A DNA stretch of 64,000 bases from positions 17,288,438-17,352,437 of the forward strand of contig NC_068995.1 of assembly GCF_001194135.2 (NCBI RefSeq). Reading direction: 5' to 3'. Made by a program: the position numbers and the translations under genes. The notes under the pieces were generated by a model. The model worked only from the letters and a program-made list of their open reading frames with translations. It made no database searches and was not told where the DNA came from. The stretch is from Octopus bimaculoides (lineage: Eukaryota). Of this stretch, positions 1 through 12,960 are shown one piece after another; positions within the stretch are counted from its first letter, which is position 1; each line of letters starts with the position of its first letter.

Positions 1-49
<49 letters not shown>

Positions 50-78
50 TAAATATATACATATTTACAGAGATATTC

Positions 79-119
<41 letters not shown>

Positions 120-200
120 TACATATTTACATAGATATTCATGTATACATGCATACATACATACATACATGTATATATATACATATGCACACAACCATTT
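1..200. repeat. (AT)n / (ATAC)n microsatellite with a short internal duplication
   Basis: Direct reading; atatttaca(g/t)agatattcatgtata occurs at 61 and again at 123. Confidence 0.95.
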
Positions 201-1239
201 CAATTTTTGGATACATATTTATACGCACACTCACACATGGAAATATTTGGGCATAAACATCCAGCAGATTAAACATTTAGTTAGCTAACTTGTGTTCAAA
301 TCGATGTGATGCGTACAAACTGAACCGATCAGCATCGAAAGAAAGCAGCAGCCAGCAGGTGCGAAAATTGGTCGCAAAATTTGTAAGTTTAACTAAGGAA
401 ACGAAAATTTGGAATCTCCAGGGGATTTTAATCCTTTGATATTCAATGTAAAATCAAAAATATGGGGAGTGATATTATTTTCCATCGGACAGTATGGTGG
501 AGAGAAATGAACGTTATGTTGCTCTAAACTTAAAACAGCTGCATACAATCATGGTGGGACACCTAAACCTCATCAAGAATATCTACTTGGGAAGTCTAGG
601 TCAGAAACATCACCATCCAAAAGAATAGCAGATTGTCTTATATGAAATAAGAACTGTCAGACTTGCGATGTTCTGGGCATCCCGATAGGCTTAGCAAAAT
701 GAAATACTCTGCTCATTTTAGGTCACTAATGCTCCAATAAATCAGTGTTGACTGCATCTGAGATACCAGGTTGATGTTACACGTACTACCAAGTTTCTAT
801 ACATTATCATCCACGACAAGATCACAGTATCTTTATATATTTATCTGCTGTGTGATCTATCCGCTCTGAAACTATCGACTTGATATATTGGCGGTCATCG
901 TCGATACCAACGAAGAATCTATGATATTGGAATGTAAAAAGAAATGGGATGCACTCAAGCAATCACACAAGCTTTAGATGCATTTATACATTGTATTAAT
1001 ATATCAGTTTGTGACCAACGTTGATGAAGTGATAATGATGTGGGCGAAAACATACAAAAATAAAATAATAAAATAAAATTGTGCTATGTTGAAATTAACA
1101 ACGAAAAAATACACATATTGAAAGATAAAACGCAAATGACAAAGATTACACAGACACACACGAGGGTGAACACAGACACACACATACACAGACTCACACA
1201 TATACGGATAGCTAGCTAGATAACTAGATTAACAGAGGG

Positions 1240-1247
1240 AGCGAGCG

Positions 1248-1302
<55 letters not shown>

Positions 1303-1385
1303 GAGAGAAAGAGAGAGTGTAAGTGAGAGTGAGATAGGGAGAGAGGGAGTGAGAGCGTCAAAAGAGAGAGAGAGAGGAAGATAGA
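1240..1385. repeat. (AG)n microsatellite
   Basis: Direct reading. Confidence 0.95.
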
Positions 1386-2769
1386 AGTGGAGAAATGGAT
1401 GGCAAATAGAGGAAACACAAGGAAGAACTGATAAACAGAAAGCAAGAAATATAAAAGTAAAAATATTGGCAATAAATAATAGTTAAATAAATAAATGAAA
1501 AGAGATGGAGGGGGAGGAAGGGAAGTAGAAGACAGCATCAGAACGAGAAATGGAACAATGAGAAATTGATTTCAGATGTAAAACTGATGGCAAATTTGAA
1601 AACTAAATAAAAACGATGAAATAAAACCTAAGGAAACAAAGGGGGATTTTAAGATGAGATACTTAATTTGTGTATTACCAGGACAACGGAGACGTATTTC
1701 ACCACGTGGTCAACCAGCGTCACCAAATGCTGGCAGCTATTTGGCTTGGCTTTAAGTAATGGCAGAACCGCTGTCCTATCAGAGAGATGCAGGTATTACG
1801 ATAAGACGGAATTGGCTCACAATCAATTCCCGTTTCTATCGCTCTCTGTCTGCATAATCTTGAAAATATTAGATTTCTAACCAGTCCACTTCCTTCCGGA
1901 TCAGTACGTCGATAACGAAAGCATTAACGGAACGCAACCTAATGCTGCTCACCGATTTCGTGTCTATTACAGCAAAACGATGTGGATCGCGTCTTAGATT
2001 AGGCTAGTTTAAGCTATATATTTATAATCTAACCTGAAGAATCTGCGTTGTAATAATATATTGTATTGTTTATTTAGTTGTACATGCACACACGTTTGTG
2101 TATATATAAGCATACACGCACACACGCACACACGCATTTTTGCATCAACGTAGATTTATAAGGTAAGCATATATTCGAATGAGTCGACACCAGTTTTATG
2201 ACAAGCACTTTCCTTAATGAACGGAGATGTTTTTGGGAGTCTGCACCCAGTAAAATCTCCATGAAGACACACAACACTGGCTTTGTACTGAAGACTCACT
2301 GCTACATTAGCACCTATTTCTGGCACTTCACCAGCTTAATCTACGTGGTTACTCGTTCTGCAAGACGTAGCAGCCGCATCTACCAGACATTACATACTAC
2401 CACGTCACATCGGATAGAAACACAATGCCTGATGAAAATACAGAACGGAAATGACTGCATCCTTTGGAGCTTCTGAGTCATCTTGGTTGAAGTTGTTTTG
2501 GGGCTATAACACTAGTAAACATACAATTGCTTTATAGGAAGGGTATAATTCATGGATAAATATCCGTAAGTTAGTGGTTATTGAACTCTGAGATAAAAGT
2601 AGATTTATGGTGGGTATTTGTGCTCTGAGAGGGAAATACAACTGGTGACTCAGGACATTATGCTACCGATTCTCCAACACCGATTCTCCCGCATCAATAG
2701 AGTAAACTATATCAATACCTAAATAACACTGTACAAAAAAAAATGTGTTTCTAAAATTATTTAAACATT

Positions 2770-2933
2770 ATTTGCATAATTTAAGCATTATTTACATTAT
2801 TTACATTTGACGGATATTTGTCCTCATTATGTTTGTTGTTAACACAACGTTTCGGCTGATATACCCTCCAGCCTACATCAGGTGTTTTGGGCAAATTTCG
2901 AACCTGGGTTCTCATTCCTAAGTTATTTTTCGA

Positions 2934-2974
<41 letters not shown>

Positions 2975-3047
2975 TCACTGCCTGGAATCGAACTCGGAAT
3001 CTCGGGGTTAGTAGTCCGTGCTCTTAACCACTTCGTCATATGCCCGT
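2770..3047 (-). mobile_element. tRNA-headed SINE-like element with internal (AAT)n and a hammerhead-containing tail
   Basis: Minus strand: box A TGACGAAGTGG (3038-3028), anticodon-like loop CT-ACT-AA, box B GAGTTCGATTCC (2995-2984), (AAT)n at ~2936-2970, hammerhead-like motif at 2886-2841, then short AATGTAAAT-like terminal repeats. Confidence 0.8.
2841..2886 (-). ncRNA. Minimal type-I hammerhead ribozyme-like motif (core altered)
   Basis: Minus strand AACAC-CTGATGTA-GGCTG-gagggtatat-CAGCC-GAAAC-GTT-GTGTT. Stem I AACAC/GTGTT and stem II GGCTG/CAGCC are both perfect. Stem III is collapsed to the palindrome AACGTT. The core is CUGAUGUA instead of CUGAUGA. Confidence 0.7.
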
Positions 3048-4384
3048 GGGCGTCAAATGTAAATAATGTACATGAGTCCTCATCCCTTAAATATAGAACT
3101 GTACTAAAATTTAAAGTTAATAAATTTCGTGCACTACACTATTGAGTTCCTGTCTCACAAAGGTGCTTATATTTTAATATAAAAGCAATTAAATTTGAAT
3201 ACGAGGACTACACTAAAATCGGTCGACGGGTGTACTCCGTGCAATGGTCTACTTTATCTAATTCATCTATCCGGCTACCACTGAGAAAATGGTGGTGGCC
3301 AAAGTAGTACAGTTAATATACCAGAAAATTTCAGTTAGTTTAAATATAATTTCAGAAGACGCAGTAGCAGACGTTCTCTAACATGATGGCCAGCAACTGA
3401 TCCTAGTTAAGATCTGAGAGGGTATTTCTCATTTTTCCTGGTGAAACACTCTCGCATGCGTGCGTATGCACACACACACACACACACACTGAAATTTTGT
3501 TTCCCTATTTCTTCATGGACTCTATAAATGCTAAACTCTCGCCATCGTCTTTAATACTTCTTCAGCTATTTATCTTCGAAAAACAGTCACTCAGTATTGA
3601 GACTGATATCTATAATATCGATGTCAATGTTCCACATTGATGTTACTCACGTTCATTCATATGACCGAATGAAAAGGGCAATCTGATCCTTGCAGCTAAG
3701 GACAACAAATACGATGGTCTTTCTGTCTGTTAGACCTTATCATCGGGCAATAAGCACACACTTTTTCCTCGCATAAAAATGTAACTTCAGCAGTATTTAG
3801 GGGAAAAGTTATCGGTAGTAATTTACATAGAATACGAGTTTGAGTCTTGTGTGTTGTTGCAAACGATTCATATTCATATTAACATTTTGCAATAATCAAT
3901 GGATACTGTTGCCATAAAGATAACTACTATTGTAAGCAATTGTATTTCAGAAACATTTACATCCTCAATTTAATAGGGTTAATTTAGAGTGCTAATTATC
4001 AAAGTGACTGAAGATTATAATGATTAAATCCCAAAACCACTCATTTAGAATGACATATCATCTAATAAGCTTTCTTATTAGCGTAATTGTATGGGGATCT
4101 AAGAAGATGTTGTATAATATCAATACTACGTTAAGCAATTAAATTCTATATCAAGCTGGGACATAGCATATGCAATGTTATTTCCTAAATGTTTATAACA
4201 TAAAACTATACTAGATATCACTAGAGTATAGATATCCGAAGTGTAAAATCCATATAACGCCAGTCGTGAAGCAATATCGCACCCATATATCATTTAAGCT
4301 TCATTTCAAACCTAGAAACTCTTTAACTTTCGGAATGATACACGGATACAAATTTCAGTTTCTACTTGAATTTAAGAATTCATG

Positions 4385-4545
4385 ACTGTGAAGCTAAGAA
4401 GCTCCATTTGCAAAAGCATGGTTCTGGATTCAATTCTACTGCATTGCACTTTACGGCAATTGATTTCTAAAATTCAGTGGCAGCCAATAATTTATGAGTG
4501 TATTTAGTAGACGGATACACTGTGTAACCAGTCATACGTACGTGC
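4385..4545 (+). mobile_element. Degenerate tRNA-derived SINE head, same family as 52755-52925
   Basis: aagaagct...ggttctggattcaattctactgc...gagtgtatttagtagacgga aligns by eye with the 52755 copy. Confidence 0.45.
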
Positions 4546-5158
4546 GTGTGTGTATTTTGTAGATAGGGTTATAATCCAGGCTGTGCTTTCATGAAGCACA
4601 TCTGCATATTCCAGTACACCAAGATTGTATGTAGGTGTTGTAAAAGTGTGAGGCTTGCATGAGAGTTGCAAATACTGGAAAAGAGTTTTGCAGAATATTT
4701 ACATATCAAAATAGAAGATTGGAAAAAAAAAATGTTTGGTATTTTCACTTGTTATCGAGGATGAGCATTACTGACCGTTCCTCATGCAGACTGCCAGCAA
4801 TGCCCACCCATGAGGTTATAGGACCAGCAGTCGGCTCTCACAGTTTGGGTTTTGTGGCTTCTATGCTTTCCACGGCGCCCACTTACTCAATCGGGCATCG
4901 AATGGTTGCCTCTCCTGAAATTGCACTTTCGAAACTTTTAGATACAGTAGGACATGCACAGCATCTTAGAGACCCTCTCCATCTTACTGATATAAGCCAT
5001 ATATACCTAATGGCAATATGGGTCTCTGGCTCAGGAATATGGTAGCTCTATGATTTCAAGCTTCTCCTGGTGCCGTATGAACGTTTAATGTGGTTTTAGA
5101 GTCAAGTTTTGGCTGCTATTTCATGCAATCTGGTATCTCTTACATACCCTTAATTATA

Positions 5159-5159
<1 letters not shown>

Positions 5160-5212
<53 letters not shown>

Positions 5213-5235
5213 GCGTATATATATACACATATATG

Positions 5236-5326
<91 letters not shown>

Positions 5327-5338
5327 TAATAATAATAA
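5160..5338. repeat. (TA)n followed by long (AAT)n microsatellite
   Basis: Direct reading. Confidence 0.95.
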
Positions 5339-5499
5339 TCGGCCGAAGTTAAAAGGGACCCAAGAGCCTAGTGTTTCCTACATTTGAATTACCATACCGA
5401 CGTTCGTAACTCTCGACCCTTGAGTCGCCCTGTAACTTTTGCCGATTGGAAACAAAATATCAATTATCAGCTAGCAATGATGAGTGTTTCTTCACAGCT

Positions 5500-5585
5500 T
5501 TCTTAACCGAACTACTACACAAGAGAATCGAACCCGAAATCAAATCGCTGGGAAGTGATCTTCTTAACAGCAGTCAGACCAGCAG
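5500..5585 (-). mobile_element. Degenerate SINE head (52755 family)
   Basis: Reverse complement reads gttaagaagatcacttcccagc...cgggttcgattctc, containing a box B-like motif. Confidence 0.4.
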
Positions 5586-5984
5586 AAAAAAATTCACACA
5601 GAGATCAGCCAAACAAGAAATCATGCCAATGATTAAATGATTACAAAATTCCTTCCACTATTTAGTCTCAATGATAAGGGCTCAAATCTTACCATACAAA
5701 AATTTACTTCCAAAATTGCTACCTACGTTGGCCTTGAACTTTACGGTATTTATTGCCTTGAGAGAGCAAATCTATGATCAACGTATCCTAGCCATTCACG
5801 TTGTTTTCGTGTAGTAATGTGAGGGAAATTTAATTGATGTTATCGGAGAGACACCTTCCTTTAGTGGTAAAATAGCCGTTAGTAATTGTACAATTAGAAA
5901 TTTGTGAACTTATACGACCGAAATATTGGGAGGTGTGAATGGTAACAACAGAACAATCACCTACTTTTCTTCGTAATATCATCA

Positions 5985-6056
5985 GCATCAGCAACAGCAG
6001 TAGCAATAGTAGTAGTAGCATCATCATGATCATCATCATGATCATCATCATCATCC

Positions 6057-6092
<36 letters not shown>

Positions 6093-6141
6093 GCAGTAGT
6101 AGTGGTAGTAGTAGTGGTAGTAGTAGTAGTAGTAGTAGTAA

Positions 6142-6190
<49 letters not shown>
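5985..6190. repeat. Compound trinucleotide microsatellite (CAT)n-(CAG)n-(TAG)n
   Basis: Direct reading; accounts for the poly-S and poly-T ORFs. Confidence 0.95.
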
Positions 6191-6191
<1 letters not shown>

Positions 6192-7031
6192 ATCAACCAA
6201 GGCTGATGATCAAAGGTTTTGTAGCTATCGATAAGATTTATCGTGGTAGTTTATTAAAATCTCTAAGAATAAAACCATTAAACTGACTAGTTCCACAATT
6301 GTTTACAGTTAAATGGATACGAGACAAATGTCCCCATGGATAGAGAAACTTGAATGATTCTGGGCAAATTGAGGCCATGCAGAAGTAATTGTTTGTAGCC
6401 GATACAGTGAAATACTACTTTCCAAAACGAGGAGCCAGTTGAGAAATATGTTACCTACTTGTTCCTTCCTCGTCTGCGATTTAAGTATGTCAAATATATA
6501 TAAATATTTATACATATTTATATTCCTGTCAGTATCTCCTATGAATACATGTCCGTGGTCAATAAACCATATATATCCATCAGGCCATGTAAGATATTAG
6601 CTAATTATAGAACTTCATAAGTTAAAGGGAAATAGGACTGTAGAATCGACTGGGTCGATAAAACTGACGAATATCATTACTTAATTACTTATAATAATTA
6701 AGACACTGTTCTTTCTCCATTCATATCTCGATAGAAGCAAATTTGCTTTCTATCGATCTGGTTGAAATGTTGATGAACTAAGTGCGAGTCGTAAATTAAT
6801 AGATTGTTTCCTACCCTTGTACGGCTTTGTAATTGCCAAACGTTAATATTTCAGTTATAGAATGATCGGTCGTTGACATTCTCCGTAGCAAAAATGCGCC
6901 ACGTCTGTGAACGACCATAGGAAACTCGCGTGATAAGCACGATGAGCTTGTCATAGAATTGCCCAAGACAAGGGAAATGACAGCAACGCCGACAAAAGAA
7001 GGAAGCACTGTACTAACATTTTACCGGTACG

Positions 7032-7072
7032 AGTAATCTTTACAAGCCTCCATATGGCTTGTAAAGATTACT
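7032..7072. repeat. Perfect 17-bp inverted repeat with 7-nt loop
   Basis: AGTAATCTTTACAAGCC-tccatat-GGCTTGTAAAGATTACT. Confidence 0.95.
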
Positions 7073-7144
7073 GGATGTATTGCATTTTGAGAGCGGAAAA
7101 CATACGAAGAAAAATAAGCATCAGATTTAGATTGGCACTTGGAC

Positions 7145-7195
7145 GTTTCCGGAAGGCTGAAAGGCAAAGTCGGCCTCGGAAAATTCGAATTCACT
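7145..7195 (-). mobile_element. Fragment of SINE central domain (42416 family)
   Basis: ggaaggctgaaaggcaaagtcggcctcggaaaattcgaattc is the reverse complement of the family core. Confidence 0.5.
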
Positions 7196-9529
7196 GGTGA
7201 GGGGAGGGGGCGAAAAATATATCTCAAGACAATCAATGCGATACTCTAACGAATTGTATTTAATTTGCAAATTATTACCTTCTAAGTTCAAGTCTAAATC
7301 TACTCTGATCATTGCTGGTCATTAACATCCCTGAAGTGATTGAACAGACACCAGTCGATAAATATAAGCAATTTCAACCGATCACTTCAAATCCACTAAA
7401 ATACTTAGCATTGGACACTTTTTATGTTTAACTCCTGCTCTAATCTATGACCAAGATGTTTCAGCCGTAACTATGCAATAATTTTATATATCATGTACTA
7501 CATTGTGAAATGTGAAAAATCTTTTATATTTTCATCGAGAATTGCAATTCCACAATTTCATAACTACTTCCTGTAGGTAGGTGGGGATTTCAATTACGAA
7601 TTTCTCCTTTTCAAGATGGTTTTTCTTTGAAACTTTATACCTTAGCGTGGATCATTAAGAAATATGTCATATTCTGGGAAGGTAAGGACATACCAGATGC
7701 AATTCTAAGTTACTTATGAGACAAATATCTTTACAAAGCTGATGTGTTCATATCAACTCATTTCTACGTTCTTATATTTACACGAACCATTGCTCCACTT
7801 GAAAAGACATGTGAGGTCTAAAAAGCGCAGTCGAGTTGAATGATTTGTGATGTTCGTCTCTGCAGATTACTCTTTCAGTTCAAATCCTTTGGAGGTTATC
7901 TTTTCTCTTTTCAGAGTCGGTAAACAAAGTACAAATTCTTGAATACTTTTACTTTCTCTCTCTCTCTCTTCTTTATCACTCCTTTACTTTTTTGGAACGT
8001 GCAAATTAAAGATCAATTTCGCCATATTCTGTTACGCTGAATCGACCTTAGAATTACGTTGCGGTTACCTATATATGTGGCATACTTAAGGGTCTGTGAC
8101 ATACTTAAGAGTTTACACATTAATTTCAATATTAACACTTTGGTTAATCTAATGATTGAAAGATAATCGTCCTTATCCATAGAGAATCAGATACTACAAT
8201 ACTTAAGATGTCGCTTAGCTGCAGATCATCCTGATCGAGCAGGCATATATTTAAATCTGTTTTGAGCTAGAACATTCCCAATTTTAGGCTGCTTATTTCA
8301 TACTACACTATCTGATATATTTCGTAAAATAAAGTAAAATGTTCTAGTTCCTATTTCAGTCTTTCCATGTGTAAATATGTTGTATCTGTGCATTCTGTTT
8401 ACAAATATTTACGTATTAACTCGAGTCGCTTTTTCCTGTAGAGTACATGAATAATACGTCAGCGATGCGTCACTTCAGTTAATAATGGTTCTCCCAAGTA
8501 AATCTTTAAGTATTGTCTCTACTCAAAGTATATCAATATATCCTTACTTTCGTCATAGTTATAGTTGGAACAGTGTATTACATCTATTTATAACGCGGAA
8601 GCCTAAATTACGTACTGTTCGAATATTTGCTGTTTAGTTTATTTATCATCAACGTTACTGTTTATTGACCACACAACGTAACTGTGTTCAAATGATTCTC
8701 TAAACTTGCATATTAGAAGCACAAACCAAATATCCTTAAGACAAAGTAGATTAAACTGGAACCATTACCTTACAGCTTCTCGTTCTAGCGATCATAAATA
8801 GGCAGATAGGGATCGGAGTCAGTGAAGTAAAACTAACATATATCAAAGCAGTTTACAAATTTTGTAAAAACGGGATCCCTAAAGTGACAGATCTATTAAA
8901 AAACAGAAAAGAAATGAAAAAGAATTACTTAATTTTACAGTCATATTTTTAGACTGTAGCACAATATACTCTGATATCCAAATACGTTTTCTAAGAGTTA
9001 TGCTACATTTAAATTTTTTCAAGGATATTCTTACGTTTGATACATGGAAATCGCTCAGACTAGAGATTCCACCCATGAGTTGTTTTATTTAAGCTCTCTT
9101 CAAACCATAAAATACATAGTTGACTTGTAGAGTGATGAAATGACCGAGTGGACTGAGTAATATAACATTGGAAATATCATCAATTCAAAGCCATTACCGG
9201 ATAGATTGCCGAACACTTCAATTTTATGTACCCTACATATCAGATACAATTGGTCAATTATTAAGAGATTTTACTTAAAGTTGACTAGTGCTCAATACCA
9301 AGAGTGTTTTTTCCAATCACAGTAGAGCTGAGCAAAGTTCAGACATTCAGAATTTTTGTCAATGATACTGTCCATTACAATAAACGTATTATACCTTCTT
9401 CGTAAATATATGGCCTTGTGCCAATGTAGAACGTCATATCAAATATAACAGTGCTGCAGATAATATAAGACGATAGTAATACGCTGTTATAAATGCATTA
9501 ATATATTCCGTTTCGGCCATTTCACATTT

Positions 9530-9620
9530 ACGTTAAATGTCGACGGTGTAGACTTAGCTATTCATCTTTTCGGGGTCGATAATGTAAATGACATTGATAT
9601 ACAGAATCGATTCAATCGAG
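9530..9620 (+). mobile_element. Fragment of SINE central domain (42416 family)
   Basis: gacttagctattcatcttttcggggtcgataa matches the family core. Confidence 0.5.
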
Positions 9621-10643
9621 TGTAACGCAACACCCTTCACTACTGCAACTCTTCTACTAGTGAAACATGAAGCCATTATATTACTTTCTACTGTGTGGTG
9701 ATACATTATTGGAAGGAAAATGTGACGTTGTGACTTTCATACACTTCCCAACACCGTTAATGGAGAAAGTTAATTGCAACAGTTTCAACCGGAAATTGGA
9801 ACTGCATCGCAGTCTCGTCGCGCTTCCTTCCCCACTGCAGACACAATTATCAAATGAAAAAAAAAAATCAATATATTCTTTAATGGAGATTCTTTAAAGC
9901 AATTCATCATACTAAAGGATTTGCAAAGCCAAACAAAAAGCAAACCCAAAATCTCTAAACTGAGTTAATGCTGTCGTTTAGATTGTGCCATAGCTTGTAA
10001 CTATTACAGAAATTTAATGAAATCAGAGTTGATTTGCAAGTATATTGATTTTCACTCACTGAAACCAGTGCAGTTGTTATTTTAAAGGAAGCTTATCTAC
10101 CCGGTATTCCTCACGTGATATTTCAATATTTATCTTTCTGAATATTTTTTTTTTCTCTCACAGAAGCCATGAATTCATCATTTCCCTTCTCGCATTCACC
10201 TTCTCTTTCCATATTAATTTCAGGCTCTAAGAATCTCAATTTCCAAAACAATCGCTGACAAATAATGAGCTTTGTATACCCTGCACATACTCTGTCTATT
10301 TGTATTAGTGACTATCCGTCAGTCAGTTTGTCTGTATCGTGGCTTGAATATCTGACAGTCTATCTGCTCGCTTGTCTATTTATCTGTCTGTTTCTACGTA
10401 CGTACGTGTTTGTTTGTATGTATGTATGTATGTATGTATGTATGTATGTTTGTATGTATGTATGTTTGTATGTATGTATGTATGTATGTATGTGTGTGTG
10501 TATGTATGTATGCATGTATGTATTTATGCATGTTCACTTCTGTTGCTAATTATCTAAATTCTTCCTCTGAAGAAGGATCTAATTTGTAACAAATATACAA
10601 TGCTCCTTCGTTGGAATGTAGATAACGAAAACAATGCCAAATT

Positions 10644-12960
10644 TTAAATATGAGATAAGTTTTGCACATTTTTACTGTGGAATTTGTAATGTGCTTGCTG
10701 GTTGATTGATTTTTCTGAAAATCCAAGGTTATCCAGTGTCAGTAATGCATTTACTCGCAAGACCGCGTGCTGAACAATTATTGATATAAATATAAATTTA
10801 TCACCTGGATATAGAAACTGGAGGTTTCCAAGTTGCTGTCTACAGCTATACTCATTCTCTTTGATTTTCAAAGTGATATTCATATGAGCAGGACAGTTGA
10901 CTTCTATTATGATATATACTCTTCTTGTCCGTCCCAAACAACTTGACACATGTTTTGATGGGAATGTTCTACCAGTATTCTTTGATGTTTGTATATCTAA
11001 TCAATAACAGGAGATTTTCTATATTTATTTCAGGGCAGTTTTCTTACCGGATGGTATTGTGTATTATTTTTACGACAAACTGTGTTACACATGGTAGTAG
11101 TACCTTGATAACATTTTTAGGTAGTTGCTAATCACACGTGGGATGTCTTCAACAAAAATATAATTTAATCTACATTTTTAGTTGCATCTTGGAACTGCAA
11201 TGCTTCACTGCCTCTTTTGTTCACGATGTTTTTAGTTGCAATCTTTTGTTCTTAGAATGCAAATACATAGCCTTCGAAGTGTCCTGTGATGTAGCACTCA
11301 CGAGACCTATGGAAGCTTCACGTCGATATTTCTACCTTCTTCAAGTCTTCAGAAAACATAATCTTGTTTTGTTAACTGAGCGTTTCAAATCTGTCTCCTT
11401 TGAGGTATGTCAGTCTGGCTGCTTTGTGGTCATATGGGAGGACATTAAGAAGTGAAAGCTGTCTGAAGAGCTCGCTGCCAACATGTAGTATATGGTTCAC
11501 TTCACTGTTTAGCAGTAAGTTAATGCATTTATTTTTGGTAATGTTATTTAGTAAATGCAATCTGAGAGAGAATATATGTCATTCGCATCTTGCCTGAACT
11601 GATCTCAGTCTTCAATCCCTTTCATGTCTTCTTTGGTAGAGCCTACCGATATCAATATTCCTGTGGAGATTTCAAGTTATCATAATATGTATGGGATTTA
11701 TGTGTGTTTCTTCTACAGAAATGCTAAGTATTCAATTGTTGGAATAAGTGCTGGTACTGCAAATGCATTATGTGTTATTGTTTTGTAAGAGGAAAGTTCC
11801 GACTGCTATATTTTTTCTAATACTGATATAATATTCCCGGATCTCGCTATCTTTATTCACAGTACATCCTTATGATGTTTTCATCAATGTGTAGCTACTT
11901 GTAGAATTCTTTGCGTGCGACAAGAGAGACAGACAACCGTTGACACAGAGACATTAGCTCCGATTTTGCGCGTTCAACAATCAAATACGAGTATTTCTTT
12001 TGGTGAAATTTCAATCAGGACTAGAAAATGCTGCTAATAATTCCAGCTGATTTCTGTCATTGTCAATACTTTTAGCATAAACCTCGATGTCATCCACAAA
12101 GAAATTATGAGTTGCATTAATATCTGTAGCAGTTGCAGATCCTAAAATTTAGCCATTTGATTTTGTAGTAGAAATTATAATGGAATTTAATGCCAAAATG
12201 AATAGAATTATAGAAAGACTTTCTCCTTGGAATATTCTCATTGAAATATTTATAACATTGGAGACGATCCGTTCCGCTCACGGTTTAAAATGTTAGAATT
12301 GTTACTCAGGGCTTTGTGAGCCTCTCAATGGCAGCAATTAAAACAGTTTTAACTTTTGCCAAATGGTGACAATTCAGCAGCCATGTCAGTGGACTGAAGT
12401 TAAATCCACTTTCTTAATCAAACTATTCATTTGTAAGGCTCCTACGATGTTTTTTTTTAAATTTCAGACAGCAGAGGTGTGTTAATCAAAAGTTGTTCGG
12501 TACATCCCCACACTCTCTACCTTCAACTAGCCTGCTCATCAGTGAATGGTTTTGGACTCGCAAGGATCCTGGAGAAATTGGCTCAAGCAAATTGTATATA
12601 ATTTGTACAAAATGTTTAGGCAAGCCACGGGCTTATAGTATTAAACGAAATCGGAGGTTTTATTCTTGGTTACAATATTTATCTATGCTATAGCAAGCCA
12701 GTTTGGCCTGTCAATCTGACCGTCCTTTTGATTATATGTATTAGTAGTTCTCCGTAAGATGTTAGCCTCTTATATACCAGTGTTCAACAATTAGGTCCCT
12801 TCGCGTAATACAGTTTGGCTACAGCTACGAGGAAGATTTTTTGAGCCAATTGCACATGTTTTACTAATGAAAATGGTACAGAATTCTATCTTTATTGCAT
12901 TTAGCCACATAACATTATGGTTGATATCTTACTTTTCGTTTCCGATTGCATGCCTGCATA
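10644..12960 (-). pseudogene. Decayed REL-type non-LTR retrotransposon ORF (RT + CCHC region + restriction-like endonuclease), R4-like
   Basis: Hand translation of the minus strand gives YKPVACLNILYKLY (~12640-12595), VWGCTEQLLIN, RIFQGESLSIILFILALN (~12240-12190), FFVDD (12103-12089), RLY..R, EGYVFAF*EQKIAT and IIIEVNCPAHMNITLKIKE..LQFLYPGDKFIFISIIV (ORF 10644-10949). Many stops and frameshifts. Confidence 0.85.

Noticed and set aside
235-700. Possible RTE LINE remnant (KYLGINI, KETKI, KYGE, VGHL..KNIYLG)
   Set aside because: Motifs are short and scattered over frames; needs tBLASTx before it can be claimed.
2430-2462. CTGATGA...GAAA hammerhead look-alike
   Set aside because: No stem II can form between the two boxes.
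2971-3047. Functional tRNA gene
   Set aside because: Acceptor and anticodon stems do not pair fully, and it is fused to repeat sequence, so it is a SINE head.
4659-5045. 128-aa ORF in relatively complex sequence
   Set aside because: No recognisable motif, no convincing splice context, and it runs into repeat-like sequence.
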